A DNA stretch of 63,709 bases, filler included, from Reclinomonas americana ATCC 50394 (GCA_048213135.1; 10 parts of 10 records of this genome joined end to end with filler, not necessarily neighbours in it), one strand, 5' to 3'. Shown: positions 1 to 12,994, counted from the whole stretch's first letter. Numbers and translations: made by a program. Notes: generated from the letters alone by a model not told the origin.

Positions 1-892
1 TGTGTGTGATATGTGCAGTGAGCGTGATCGCACCATGAACATTGTGGTCGACAACGCCGGCTTTGAGTTGATGACGGACCTGTGCTTGGCCGACTACTGT
101 GTGAGCTCGGGTCTCTTTGCCGAGTGTGTGTTGCGTGTCAAGGGCCACCCGACATTTGTGTCGGATGTGACTGTCGACGATGTGGAGTGGACGCTGGAGT
201 TGATGCACAGCAGCGCCGGTTGGTTACACACGTTTTTACGCACCCTGCCTCCCTTGTTTCATCCAACTCATGCTCGCCGTTTGTTGCAGATGATACCGTC
301 AAGGCGTGCGCTGCGAGGTGGCGCGACCATTTGAGCAGCGGTCGGTGGCGAGTGCAACCCGATGTCGTTGCGTTGCCGTTTGTGCTGCATCTGTTGTGTT
401 GCTTCGCTCACTCCCGTCATGCAGTACTGGTGTCAGCCGTACGAGTTCTGGACGATGCCAGTGGATATCCGGGACCAGCTGCGCAAGTCATGCGCGCTGT
501 GTTTCGTCAAGGGCGATGCCAACTATCGGAGGTGTCTGGGCGAGTTGCGTTGCACACACGCACGCACACACAAGAAGTTCTCGTGTCCGACCACTGCTGC
601 TGTACACAGTCGTCCGTGGCCACACCAGACGCCGTTTGCGGAAATCTGCTCGTACTGGCCATGCCCGGTGGTGTGCTTGCGGACGCTAAAGGGAGTTGCG
701 TGATGCACCGCGCGCTGTTTGCCACCGCCGGCTGCGCTGATCTCATCCCCCACCCACTCCCAGGAGGTGGCTTGTGGACTCACCAACCAGGATGCGGTCG
801 CTCGCGCGACACTAGAACCCGACTGGATGGTCACAGGACGGTGGGGAGTGGTGCATTTTTGCAATCCTGCAACAGGAGAGTGCGACGAATAG
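1..892 (+). CDS. ARMT1: Damage-control phosphatase ARMT1/DUF89 family, 3' part (5' end outside window)
   Basis: Spliced translation gives IVVDNAGFELMTDL, VKGHPTFVSDVT, FVKGDANYRRCLGDRPW, LRTLKGEVACG and WMVTGRWGVV. Introns at 219-289, 367-424, 544-609 and 695-763; stop TAG 890-892. Confidence 0.88.
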
Positions 893-910
893 ACGCTGGC
901 GTTTGTGATT

Positions 911-2492
911 TCATTCGGGGTACAGTTGACGTAATTGAGCGAGCGTACAAGGCGCGTGGGTGATGGGGCACTTCTTCTCCCGCTCCACGTAGTCTCGTGC
1001 ACACCGAGTGCAGAACACAAAGCCACTCGGCAGCGCCGACATCTCCTCGCTTCGCGGTTGACTGCACAGTGCACACAGCGTCGGATCGGTGGGCACCGGC
1101 ATGCCTTGCGCGGCCGGCTGCACGGGTTCCGGTGGTGGAATCGACCGTGCTCGCCGTGAGCGACCCTGTGTAGCAGAATTGTCAGGAGATGGTGGGTTTC
1201 GGCACCATACTGGACGTCGCACACGCACATCGCTGCTGGCGCTCGGATCCGACAGCAGGTCGTACTGCGTCTGCGAAGTGCCAGCATAGTACCACTCGAG
1301 CAGCTTGAACAGGAACGACGAGGCCAGCAGCAGCTCGCGCGAGTAGTCGGCCAGCAGGTAGCCGGCACGGAGAGCGTACGCTACCACACGACTGACGAGG
1401 TTGCCGGAGGCCAGCCGTCGCAAGAATCGCTTGTGCTGGCGATGTCGATCGACCCAGTGGCGACGCTGGCGAAAGGCAGTACGCAGTGAGACAGAGAGGG
1501 AGAGAGAACAAACGGGGTATTAACGCACCATGTCCTCCATCGACTGTCGCTCAATCACCAGTCCCTGCGCGTGCAACGACGGCGAGTAGTACCGCGTGTC
1601 ACCAAACAAGTACAACAACTGATACACCAGCACCGCGCCCTCACAGGCAAACGACGCCACTGGGTACGCGACGACAAAACACCGACGCAGCACGGCGCCT
1701 GCCGACACACACCACTCGCGCACACGCTGCAGCGCACTCGCATCGGCAGCCGCCCGCAGCTGAATCGCATCCGGTCGCGGCACATTGGTAAACACAAAGC
1801 CATCCCACTGCACAGTTGCGGGCGACACTGGCGGTGCCGGAGGTCTCCTCGCCTCCTCCGCCATGCGCTGTCGCTCAGCATGGTACCACCGATCCAGCTT
1901 GCGCCTAATGTACGGCAGCAGCACCAAGAAGAAGAGCGACAGTGTGCGATCCCTCGGCCGCATATGCTTGGACGTCGCCCCCAGCTCCGAGGCCGACACT
2001 GGTGGCGACACTGCGCTGTCCTCATCCTCCGCAGTCGCCATCACCGCTGTTGTTGTGGTGGCTGTTGTCGCCAGTGGTCTCAACACGCGAGTGCGCTTCA
2101 GTCCATACAACTGCTCCGCAAACGATCCATCTGTGACTCGCGATGTGAGGGATCAAGTGAGGACGAGGGCCACAAGAGTGAGAGATGCGCACCGAACTTG
2201 TCGAGATAGAACTTTTCCACGAGCAGCCACAGTGCCGTGAACCACTCGTCGTGATAGCGCAGCAGTGGAGCTGCGCGAGGGGCATGTTGCACAAGCCACT
2301 GACGCATGGCGTGTGTGTGAGAGAGAGAGAGAGAGAGCAAGGCGATGCTTGTGATTTGCATGACGAAACGGAGATGAGGAGTCGCACAGCGGGTTGCACC
2401 GAGGGTGAGAAGCGCGACTGTGCGAACAACTCGAAGAATGTGGGTCGCGAGGCGAGTGCCGAGGTGCCGTACTGTGACAGGAAGAGCGACAT
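911..2492 (-). CDS. PEX12: Peroxin-12 (Pex2/Pex12 N-domain plus C-terminal RING)
   Basis: N-terminal RPTFFELFAQ, then DGSFAEQLYGLKR, LLPYIRRKLD, FLFKLLEWYY and degenerate RING CALC..SGFVFCTRC..CPIT; three introns. Confidence 0.92.
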
Positions 2493-2556
2493 GCGTGCAC
2501 GACCGATCACAAGACGGACTGGGACAGACAAGGACGCGACGCGATGTGCATTGCTC

Positions 2557-3172
2557 TCAACCTCGGCGTTTGGCAAGCAGGTGCGTTCCGAAACCTGCAC
2601 TCTCCAGCACCTCGGCTAGTGACGGAGCCGCGGGTGCTGCTGCTGGCGCAGCTGCTGGTGGCAGATTCGCTTCTTCCACGGTGCTTTCGGCGGTCTCCAT
2701 CTCCACATCGCCCGACGAATCGTCCTGGTGAAAGAGGCGCTTGGTGGTATCCGAGGCCACCGTGTCTCGCATGCGACGCAGACGATCGCGATCCGGCGTC
2801 GACACCCCAGTCAGCATGCGATCGGTCAGACACAGCAACTGCAAGTGGTAGACGCGCTCCTGTGTCGCGGAATCGAGAGTGGCCAACTGTGTGCGCAATC
2901 GGTGAACCAATCTGCGTTTTTCCGACTTGGTGAACCAAACAGAGGAAACGCACCTGATCCGTGCTCATGGTGAGAAGCTGATTGATTTCGTCCAACTGCA
3001 GCGCGTCGACCGGCTGCGACAGCAGCGCAGCCAGTGGTTCCCGGAGTGCGAGGAACTCGTCGGAGGTGAGCGTATGCGATGTTCGCGACGGCAGCGCTGA
3101 AGACATTGCTGCAGGGGGCGCACTGTCCGCATCATAGGCCGGCTCCGGCTGCAGTCCCGGTGCCACGTCCAT
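2557..3172 (-). CDS. Hypothetical protein (probably two exons)
   Basis: ORF from ATG 3172 with a CAG|GTGCGT donor near 2954, continuing into ORF 2557-2910; no recognisable motif. Confidence 0.35.
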
Positions 3173-3218
3173 TGCTGCAGGCGACTGTTGCTGCTGCTGC
3201 TGCTGTTGATAGTGGTGC

Positions 3219-3318
3219 NNNNNNNNNNNNNNNNNNNNNNNNNNNNNNNNNNNNNNNNNNNNTTAATTAATTAANNNNNNNNNNNNNNNNNNNNNNNNNN
3301 NNNNNNNNNNNNNNNNNN
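3219..3318. other. Assembly linker (N run with six-frame stop TTAATTAATTAA); identical linkers at 18026-18125, 22492-22591, 31115-31214, 38400-38499, 45177-45276, 49855-49954, 57534-57633 and 61063-61162
   Basis: Nine identical 100-nt blocks; an artificial contig spacer. Confidence 0.98.
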
Positions 3319-5640
3319 TGCGGTAATGGCGGATGCATCATGTACAGATGTGGAGGGACAGCAGCAGCGTACTCTGCATCATCGCCGCACACATCATTGT
3401 CAACCCTTGGATCATTATCACCACTTTAGAGAACACACACACGCAACGTTGATGCGATAAGGGAGACGGATAGTGGTGGTGCATCGTGGGTGGCCACTGC
3501 TGCTGCTGCTGCTGCTGATGGTGATGGTGGTGCTGGTACTGCTGCTGTTGCGGTGGTGAAAGCTGGTGCCAACCTGCTGGTGGCGACATGATGCCCGGCG
3601 GTGGCTGCTGCTGTGCATGATGGTGGTGACGCGGCGACGTGTGGTACTGCGACTGTTGATGTGGTGGCGACGGCGGCGGAGGTTGCACAAAACTTGGTCT
3701 ATAGGGGACGCGGGGTGGAGGCGGTGGTGGTGGCGGCGGCGGCGTTTGTTGCATGGCAGACGCGGAACCCCCACGATTCCGCGATGCCTGCGACGACGGC
3801 GACCGCTGCATGTCGGCATCCGCAGCCTCAAACGACCGCAGTGACTCGTTCCACAGCGACTGGCTGGCACCTGTGTGTCGTGGCCAGTCAGCACACCGAC
3901 GAGGAAACAGCAGAGAATGCGTACGCACCAAGAGGAATCGGTGCATTGAGGCCGGCATACGTAAAGAACTCCTTGGTTACCACCGGCGCCTTTGGTGGTG
4001 GTGGTGGTGGCAGTGGTGGCTGTTGCTGCGCCTTCTTCTCCGCCTCCTTCTTCTTCTTGTCCTCCTCGTCTTCGATTTCGCCGTCTTCCGGCACCTCGCC
4101 GTCCTCCTCCTCTTCTTTGCCTTGCTCCTCCTCCTTCTCCTGCACCCCATTCGCCTCCACCACCTCGCCATCCTCTCCCTCCCCACGAATGAGTTCCAGA
4201 CTCGGCAAGTCGGGCGGCGCCGCGATGATGGCGTCGTCGGGCCATGGTGGCGCTCCAGATGCATCCGCTATTTTCAACCCCTATGTGAGACAGTGGCAGA
4301 GAACAGAAACGTGGATGAATGAGAGACGTACCGCGGTAGTGTGGTGGATACCCGACTCGTTTCAATCGATGGAGGTACGGTGGCGGCTCAAACGGCGACA
4401 ACATGCGTGACAACGGCATAGCGAGTCAAGGCGTGTCACATGCCGAGAGTGAGAAGGGACACGAGAGCATGGAGCAGTAAAAGGATATCAAGCGCCTCTC
4501 GCAGTTCCTTGCTGAGCGTGCCGGGCACGCAAGCAATGAGTTTTAAGCGGAACGCAATGTCGGCCAGAGGATCTTGCGGAGCCGGGCGAGTCGGCGCTCC
4601 CCCTTCGGGAAAGTACCTGCACATCGCATTCTGTAAACTTCTCTCCTTCCAAGACGCACACAAGAGCACTGCGAGAGAACCTGGGCGCCTCGGGATCGCG
4701 CGACGCAGGGCGAGAACGCATGAACAGCTCACGAGCGGCAGACACCTTGGCAGAGTTGCGAGGCAGCGGACACTGCGGCATCTCATGCCACGGACTGTCG
4801 CAGTTCCAGCAACCGTGCGTCTGTCCCACCGTGATTCTGCAGCCAGAGAGTGAGTGCGTGAGGCCAGCGGAGATGAAGTACTTGTCGGCATGCAACTTTT
4901 GGTCCGGCGCCAACGGCAACACCTGATCGATGTGCCTCGTGTACACGGGTGCATCGGGAGCATACAACAAACCCTGCGACGGTGGCGGCTGTCGTTTCCT
5001 CCGATCCACACGGAAAGCACCAAAGTCCTCGTACTCGGGTCTGCCAACAAACGATCAGTCGCTCACTTTCTGTCTGCGCGTCCACACTGCAGAATGAACA
5101 CAACTCTAGCCGAGGTCGTTTCTGTGGAGGGGACTCAGCCACGGCGCCCTCAGAGGAGACTGGCGACGACGACCGCGACGACGAGGCAGACGACGATGCA
5201 GACGACACTGGTGTCAGAGACCGAGCTCGCTTATTGTTCCCTCCGATCGCCGCCTGCTGTTCTTCCTCCTCCTCTTCGTCTTCTTCGTCTTCTTCTTCTC
5301 CCTCACTGGGAGACGAAGCAGTGGCCAAGAAGAGTGGTGTGATGTTGACTGCAGGCAGCTGTTCTCGCCACGCTGACAAGCTCTCCTGCAACTCGCGCTC
5401 GACGAGTGTCACAATTCGCGATCTCACATCACTGCATGCGTGTGTGTGTCAGAGAAACTATAGAGTCTCTCACTCTCTCACTGGCAAGGAGCCACGCAAC
5501 GCAGGAACGCTCTCAGAGAACTCGAGTGTGACTTGTGGAGGAGTGGGCGGGGCGGGCGTAATGTGCAACAACAGAGTGTCCTCATTGGGCACAGTCACTA
5601 TGCATGAAGGTGTGAGTGAGACTTCTTTCTCTCCTTCCAT
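3319..5640 (-). CDS. ZCCHC8: ZCCHC8-like zinc-knuckle + PSP domain protein (NEXT complex); 3' end runs into the gap, start codon uncertain (5640 or 5688)
   Basis: CWNCDSPWHEMPQC knuckle, then PGTLSKELREAL and PPPYLHRLKRVGYPPHY (PSP domain); acidic and Pro/Gln-rich low-complexity tail. Confidence 0.85.
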
Positions 5641-5735
5641 TCTCGACGTGGGAGGAATCGCAGACGCAGACAGACCGCGTGTGCTCATGCGACAGCAAGC
5701 AAAACGAAAGATGGTGGATTGTGACTCATGCGTTT

Positions 5736-7792
5736 TCACTTGTCATGGGCATGCATCGCCATGTATCGTTGCTTTTCGAGTCTCTTTCGCCTCTTGCGCA
5801 CGAGTGGTATGGTGATCATCAGTGCTAATACACTGTATGGTGGTTGATGAGCGATAATGCAATGAGCGAGGGAGGTGACACGAGAGAGGGGGACGCAACA
5901 CGAGCACGCCCAAAGCGATACCGATCCACTTCCAAGGTATGGGCTTGCTAAAGTCCATCGGCTCCTTGTAGTCGGCAAAGTCTGTCGCCCCAACAGTGAG
6001 TTACGAAGCAGACGGCACACACACACGAGCGGAGCAGGAGGAGGCGACTGACCGAGGAAGATCTTTTGCGGCGTCGATCGTTGCAGACCGTGTGTGGTGA
6101 CAAAGGTCGGGATGCCTGCGCATGAAGAGCAAGTCAGATGTGCAACAACATGCCACCTTCTTGGCCCTCTCCCGTGGAATGACGAACCGAGTTCCACGTA
6201 TGCGCGACCATACTTTTTGTGGGGCTCCGGAATGGAGGCCGGATCCACGCTTAACTCGAATGATTCACCGCTCTGTCGACGAAGCTCGTGAGTCCCCTGC
6301 GCCTCTCTAGAGACACACACAAAACACAAATAACCATCATGCCGGCGGTAATGGGCACTTGCAGTTCAAACACATCCGACAGACGATTGAAGTTGAAGAC
6401 GCGCAGTCGCATCTTGTCGTTGACGCGCGTCGAGCAAGTGAATGACTGACGATCGACAAAGTGAGTGTCACGCGTGCTCTCTTGACGGCATCCGCACGAC
6501 GCGCAACTCTGTCGCTGTTCTCGGCCCAATACTTGAAGCGCGCTCGCAGTGTCGCAGCCGTCACCATTTCGTTGGTGTTCTTGATGCGGTAGAGGGTGGT
6601 CGTTGCCTCCTGTGTGCGATCGGCAAAGGGATGAGCTCCGCCCGCTATCACAAAGATGGGAGGGGTGTGCGCGCAACTCCATTCGGGAACGACTGCACAT
6701 TCTCCTCAAACACACAGACGCTGGTGAGATTGAATTGCGTCGGCAAGGTGTCGTTCATCGACGGCAGCAGGCGACACGGGAAGCCGGGAGCGGTGGTGTA
6801 CTTGAGCACGCTGCGCCGAGCATTCAGAAAGAGATCCTGGACGGCGCCTGGCGAAACAACGCAACTCGGTAAAGGTGTGGCACGCCGGTGTCGGCTCGGT
6901 GAACTGCACACGACAGGTGGCCGCACGCCAGCGCTCACAATAGTAGCCGACCCGATCCAGCGGACACGCGCAAAAGTACTGTGGTGCGAGTCAGCAGTGG
7001 CAGTACAAATCAAGAGGACCACACAACAACATCACACCCGACCTGATTGTTTGCCGTGTACGCCGGCACACCGAGATTGGAGCACTCTACGACAGCATGC
7101 ACAAGTGGTCAGCTCTCCCGAGCAACACAACAACGCGACGAGCAGCTGACACGCGCACCGCCATTGATCACATCGGGAGTGCCGTTGGCCCGCGGCTCAA
7201 TCACCTCCTCCGTCGCGCTCACAGAACGCGCCTGCTGCGCTCGTCGATGAGCGCTGGCGGCCGCACGCGCAGCAGCCTCCACGGCCTCCGCTGCACCGAC
7301 ACAGATGAGTACAACTCCCTTTGTCTTACATTCACGCTGTCGACGGCACTCAACATTTCGCCTCTGGTGCAGCACGATCCAGCGCCTGCGCAACCACACG
7401 AATGGACTCATCCAACTGCGCGTACTCTCGACGCACTCGGCGTGGCAGATCACCAAAGAACGCCTCCACAGACGACAACAAGTGTGGCGACGCATTGTCA
7501 TCTGTGACATTGTCATCATAGTCGCGATCGCCCTCTTCCCACGAGGCATACACTCGGCGTCGCTGGGCCACAGGTGGAGGAGGAGGAGAAGGAGGACTAT
7601 TACTGTGTGCGTGCGCCAGTGTGAGAAGAGGCGGGGAGTGGAGAGAGACAGAGGCAATGCAAGCAACTCCTCCACATTGTCGCGAGTGACAAGTGTGAGT
7701 GGGAATGCGCCGCCCACGTACTGCACGCGCTGATCGGCGAGTGCCACGCATGCGCAGGCAATCGCCAGCACGAGAAGCAGTGCTCCTCTCAT
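5736..7792 (-). CDS. Type I membrane protein with signal peptide and EGF-like motif
   Basis: Spliced model: signal MRGALLLVLAIACACVALA; ECSNLG..YFCACPLDRVGYYCE (EGF-like); C-terminal TM WKWIGIALGVLVVLALMITIPLV followed by RKRRKR; stop at 5736-5738. Confidence 0.6.
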
Positions 7793-8204
7793 GCTGCTGC
7801 GTCTGTGAGAGGATGGCGGGCGGATGACGAGCAATCGGAGGACACAAGTCGTCGTTTGTCGACGTTCGCTGCGTCGGCTGCAGAGAAAACGTGGACGTAA
7901 AAGGCCTTTGACCATGCTCGAAAGTGCACCACCATCTTCTAGAGATCAATCGCGCGAACAACGAAGACTGGCCGTGAAGTCGATCGCTTCGACGTCTGCT
8001 GCATTCGCGACACCACAAGACACGCGACTGCGCTGCTTGCAACACAGTGTACATGCACACAGACAGACAGAAGCATCACAGTGCCGACTCCGCACACAGG
8101 AGACAAGCGCGCTCGTTCCTCCCCGCGGAGGCAATCGACAACAATTGTGCAGTTCACTGAGCTGTTCCTACTAGGCCTGAGTGTGCGAGCGTACATGCAG
8201 AGCG

Positions 8205-8730
8205 TTAAATGGCTGTGTCGCCACAATGTAGTTCGACCTTGAGCGCCAGCGAGCTCATGTCGCCACCAAGCTGCTCATCGACCTTGATACCATTCTGCAC
8301 AAATCGCATCGCAGCGATCAGCAACAACGACTTGTGAGTGGCGATAGAAAGTCGTACCTTATAGAACTGAAACGTGGGCATTGCTCGTACACCATTCTGC
8401 GCCGCCACTCGCTCGTTGCGCGTCACATCGACCTTGACGAACTGACACCGAGGGTACTTGCCCGCCAGCTTCTCAAAGAACGGGCCCACGATCACACACT
8501 GCAAACCAATCAGCTCTCGAGCACGCACGTACACACACAGACAGTGCACCAGCGCGCAACTGGTCGACACCACTCGGCGTGGAAGTCGGCAATCACTCGT
8601 CGGTGTTGCTTCACTTGCCTGCAGTGCGCATGCAGAGTCAGCCCTCGTTCACGCTCACTGACACTGACACACACTGCTGTGCACGTAACTTGTGCAAGTC
8701 CTCGTGGTTGTCAACGCTCTCCAGCGGCAT
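8205..8730 (-). CDS. Thioredoxin
   Basis: Spliced: VIADFHAEWCRP|CVIVGPFFEKLAGKYP..FVKVDV..GVRAMPTFQFY..NGIKVD; active site WCRPC. Confidence 0.9.
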
Positions 8731-8784
8731 AGGTGTGCAGCAGTCGTCGTTCGTTCATCGGTACATCCACATCTGTTCCACTTC

Positions 8785-9963
8785 ATGCGCGTCCGCCACC
8801 TGCCTCTCCCTCACCCCCTCCTCCACCAACGCATCCACTGCGTTACGTGTCACCCTGTGCGCGACCATCTCGTGGCCATTGTGTGCGACTCTGCAGTGGC
8901 GGTGATCAATGTGTGGACTGGTCACGTGGAGCATCAGCATGAGATCGCCCGAGTGTCACATGTGGCGTGGCTGGGCGAGCTGGATTACGTGCTGCTATCG
9001 TGCGAGGATAACCTCGTGCGTGTGTGGTCACTGGAGACGGGGGCGATTGTGATGAGCATCAATGGACTGGCGAGTGCAGTGGGCGGCTGTGCAGTGCACG
9101 CGAAGGATGACTTGTCGGTGGCTATGTGGTGCGATGAGTCGGTGATGGTGCGGCGTGTGGTCGACGGGAAGGTGGCGTCGCTGAGAGAGGTGCATGGTGG
9201 TGGACGGTGGATCACGCGTGAGTCGCTGCGGCACACGGCGGCGCTGACGCACGTGACGTGGTGTCGCTCGCCGCAACATGGACTGCTGATGGTGACGTGC
9301 GACAGGGATGGGATCGTGCAGGCAGTGACTGCGCGTGAGAACCGGCGTGTGTACAGTTGGTTGCATGGCTCGGGACGCAGCTATCCGCTGTGTCGCGTGG
9401 CGCCGATGGATGGCGACAAGTTGCTGGCGTGCATGTGCGCTGATGTGTTTCATGTGCATGACAGTGACACTGGAAGGGAGCTGAGTTCTACGCAACAGCA
9501 GTCGGTGCTTGGCGTGGTGATGGCGTTTGCAGCCGCTGCGACGCGACGCGTGGCCTGCAGTGTTGTGTGCACACGTGAGCGCTACGATCTCCTTGTATAC
9601 AGGGTGAGCGACGATTATGGCGTCACCGTGGAGCGCGTTGTGCTGGCGGAACATGCGTTGCCGTGGCCGACGGGCACACCCATGTCACGGCCCATGATCC
9701 TGCGTCACATGCGCGCACCACTGTCGGAGCACGCCACTTCGTGGTCGGCGAATGGAGTGCAGTGTGTGGTGGCGCTACCGGAGGCGGGAGCACTGGCTGT
9801 GGTGGTCGACGTTGCTAGTGCACTCCAGCGTGAACAAGAAGAGCTGGAGGCGTTGTATGAGTTGCTGGAGGTGTCGGCAGTCGACGAGTGGATGAGTGTG
9901 GGCGCCACGGCCGTGTCGGTGTGTGTCGACTACACTGCCCTGCTACTGTGTCGCGTCAAGTGA
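8785..9963 (+). CDS. WD40-repeat protein (apparently intronless)
   Basis: Continuous ORF with WD-like units (VAVINVWTG; LLSCEDNLVRVWSLETG; HTAALTHVTWC..MVTCDRDGIV). Confidence 0.65.
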   Translation: MRVRHLPLPHPLLHQRIHCVTCHPVRDHLVAIVCDSAVAVINVWTGHVEHQHEIARVSHVAWLGELDYVLLSCEDNLVRVWSLETGAIVMSINGLASAVGGCAVHAKDDLSVAMWCDESVMVRRVVDGKVASLREVHGGGRWITRESLRHTAALTHVTWCRSPQHGLLMVTCDRDGIVQAVTARENRRVYSWLHGSGRSYPLCRVAPMDGDKLLACMCADVFHVHDSDTGRELSSTQQQSVLGVVMAFAAAATRRVACSVVCTRERYDLLVYRVSDDYGVTVERVVLAEHALPWPTGTPMSRPMILRHMRAPLSEHATSWSANGVQCVVALPEAGALAVVVDVASALQREQEELEALYELLEVSAVDEWMSVGATAVSVCVDYTALLLCRVK

Positions 9964-10021
9964 TTGAAAAACTATCTCGATACGCCTTCACTGCCGCTGC
10001 ATTCATGCGCACGCGCGCTCC

Positions 10022-10057
<36 letters not shown>

Positions 10058-10116
10058 CTCTATGGCGACAGGCACCAGCGACAGCGGTGGCAAAAAAATT
10101 CATCAGCACAGGCATT

Positions 10117-12919
10117 TTAGGCAGACACGTAGCGCGTCTTGATGCTGGTCTTGAGTGCGGCAATTGCCTCCTTGACCTCTTGCGACACATCCTTGTCGAC
10201 CTCGATGATGAGGTAGCCGATTTGCTCGGTGGTGGACAGCAATTGGTTGCGCACGTTGTAATCGGCGAGAACTGTGTGTGGTGAGGGATGAGAAGTGGGA
10301 AGGAGTCGAGCACGAACACGCAAAGGCACACACAACTGTTGTTAATGTCACGCAGCACGCCTGTGGCACAAAGCACAATTTTGCAGTCAGCCAGCAAATC
10401 GCTTCACACAAGAATACACACATTTTTTCGATCACGAACCAGGCCTGTTCTCGTGCACGTTGGTGATGCGACGCCATACGTTGCCGAGTGGGATGCTGAG
10501 GATGGGGAAGTTGACGGAGCCCTGCGTTGAGCCCTCATTGACGAAGCGGATCAACGCATCGGCCACCTCCTCGCCAATCTTGCACTGTGCCTCCTCGGTC
10601 GAGCCTGAATGGTGCGAGAGGTGTCAGAGAGTGGTGGGGAAAGAGAGAAAGAGGGAAATTGCGGAAGAGAGACGCACCGCCAATGTGTGGCGTGAGGATG
10701 ACGTTGCTGCGCAGTGCATGGATGGGGTTGAGGAGAGGTCGGGCAATTGCACGAATGCGCGAGCAAGAATGCACGCAACGGGCAACCCTGCAGCGGCGAC
10801 GAGAATGTCAGGCCATTCTCCAGCGGCTCCACGGGGTGCACGTCCACAGCAGCGCCCTCAATGTGGCCAGCCTTCAGCAGCTCGGCCAGTGCCTCGCAGT
10901 CCACCTGCACGCACGTAGAAGAAGTGCGTCGGTTACAACTTTCCGAAACCAACCGACCAAAGGCCACATCACGCGCACGCAACGACAGTACCACGCGCAG
11001 CGTTGAGCAAGAATGAGCCCTTCTTCATCATGGCGAGTCGCTCGGCATTGAGCAGGTTCTCCGTGTCGGCCGTGGCCGGCACGTGCAGGGTCACGAAATC
11101 GGACTCGCGCAGCAGGTCCTCCAGCGAGCCCACACGCTGGGCGTTGCCAATCGCCAGCTTCGGTACCACATCAAAGTAGATCACGCGCATGCCCAGGGCC
11201 TCGGCCAGCACCGACACTTGGGAGCCTGTGGGAGGAAGGGAAAAGGGAGGGATAAGGGGGAAGAGAAGGGGGGAGAGAAGGGGGAAGAGAAGGGAGAAGG
11301 GGGAAGAGAAGGGGGAAGAGAAGGGGGAAGAGAAGGAGGAAGAGAAGGAGGAAGAGAAGGGGGAAGAGAAGGGAGAGTGTGCGAGAGTGCAGGGAAAATG
11401 AGGGAACTCAGTGAGAGTATATCAGAGATTGATGGTATGTGAGAAGATGTGAGCGCACGAGGTAAGCAAGGAGATGATAACGAGGCGAAGAGGCGCAGTG
11501 AAGGGAATGAACAAAGACAGAGACAAGAGAGGGTGCGAGAAACATAGAGAGAGGTCAAGCGAGCAATGCAAGGTGACGACAACGATATAACGAGGGCCAG
11601 AGATGAGAATGGGAAAGAAGAGAGCCAAGTAAGCGGGTGGTAGAAAGAAGGAGGGAACAAGGTAAGCCAGGAGAGGGCTGCAGAGAGATCGAGCAAGAAA
11701 CAGTAAGTGTAAGCGAGAGAGAGAGAGAGAGAAAGAATAAGTGCAAGTGTGTGAGTGAGAGAAAGAGAGAGAGGGCAAGCAAGGGCAAGGGGAGACACTG
11801 AAACAACGTGACGCAGAGAGAGAAGAATTGACAAGAGGGCAGTAACAGGAGAGTCGTTGATGCAACACACCGACATGACCAAAGCCGACAATGCCGAGAG
11901 TCTTGGCGCGCACCTCGTAGCAGGCGGTGGCAACCTTACGCACAAATCGCACAGTGAGGAAAACGACATCACCAAGATCGAGAGAGTTCCGCCCAAACCT
12001 TCTGCCACTCGCCACGGTGCATCTGCTCGCTGCGCATCGACGCTTTCCGCGCCAGCATGATGACCTCGGCAATGATCAACTCGGCCACACTACGCGTGTT
12101 GGCAAACGGCGAGTTGAAGACGGCCACCTGCATCGACACGCTCTTCCATCACCGATTTCTCCGACACCAACCTCACAACAAGAAAAAAAGCACGCACCGC
12201 TCGCCTCTGCGCCTCGTCGAGGTCCACCTGATCCGTGCCGATGCAGAAGCAGCCGACCGCCAGCAGACGGCGACCCGCACGCAGCACCTCGCGAGTGATC
12301 TGCGTCTTGCTCCTGCCCACACACATGAGTTGTCTGCGCGCGCGCGGGAAACATATCAAATCACGGACCGCACTCCGACAATGTGCACATCCTGCACCGC
12401 CTCGATGAGCTCGGCCTCAGTCATGGCCTTCTTCGACACGCGCACCTGTGGACAGAGAAACGAGCGCGCGGGAAACGAGTGAGTACCCCAAAGCGGCATG
12501 GCCATGTCCATGGCAAACCCTTCCACGCACGCACACACTGACAACACAGAGAGAGATAGCAGCAATGTGCACTCATAGAGAAGAAGAGCAGAGAGAGGGC
12601 CACGACGCGGAACATCCCTCAATGCTCAAGCATCGCAGTGCAGCAGTCGCCTCCAGCAAGTCACACGCGTGGCACGTGCAGCAAATGCTCTCTGTCTCAC
12701 TGAGACACACACACACACACACACTGTGTCGCCCTGCACTCCACACGCACGCACCGTGAACCCCTCCGCCTCAAACAACTCAATCGCACGCGGATGCACT
12801 CCATCACACAGCAGCACACGGATCGGATCCGTGGTCCGCGTGAACAGCTGTCCTCGTGAGCTCGACGCGCCCACAGACCCCAAAGGCACCGGTGACAACG
12901 ATCCACTCGCACTCGCCAT
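10117..12919 (-). CDS. PHGDH: D-3-phosphoglycerate dehydrogenase (SerA/Ser3 type with ACT domain)
   Basis: GCFCIGTDQVDL, VFNSPFANTRSVAELIIAE, KTLGIVGFGHVG, SDFVTLHVP, AAVDVHPVEP, NVILTPHIGG and a C-terminal ACT-like region. Confidence 0.95.
11255..11375. repeat. 12-bp tandem repeat GGAAGAGAAGG(G/A) in a purine-rich tract within a 645-nt PHGDH intron (11226-11870)
   Basis: Directly visible repeated GGAAGAGAAGGG/GGAAGAGAAGGA units. Confidence 0.85.
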
Positions 12920-12994
12920 TCCTCGATCAAAGTCAGAAGCACTTTGATCGTCCGACGAATGTACTTCAATTACTCGAGTTCTTTCCTTTGCGCG

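Noticed and set aside
3219..3318. Recurrent palindromic TTAATTAATTAA flanked by Ns (nine copies)
   Set aside because: Artificial six-frame-stop contig linker; not a biological repeat, TSD or CRISPR. Adjacency across linkers is unproven, although the dynein and GNAT order suggests real scaffolding.
6848..6865. Apparent 18-nt ultra-short intron GTTGCG...CCAG on the minus strand
   Set aside because: A downstream acceptor (GCGCAG near 6811) gives a normal-sized intron and the correct frame.
8205..8730. Non-canonical thioredoxin active site WCRPC
   Set aside because: Variation at this position is known among thioredoxin-family proteins; not remarkable by itself.
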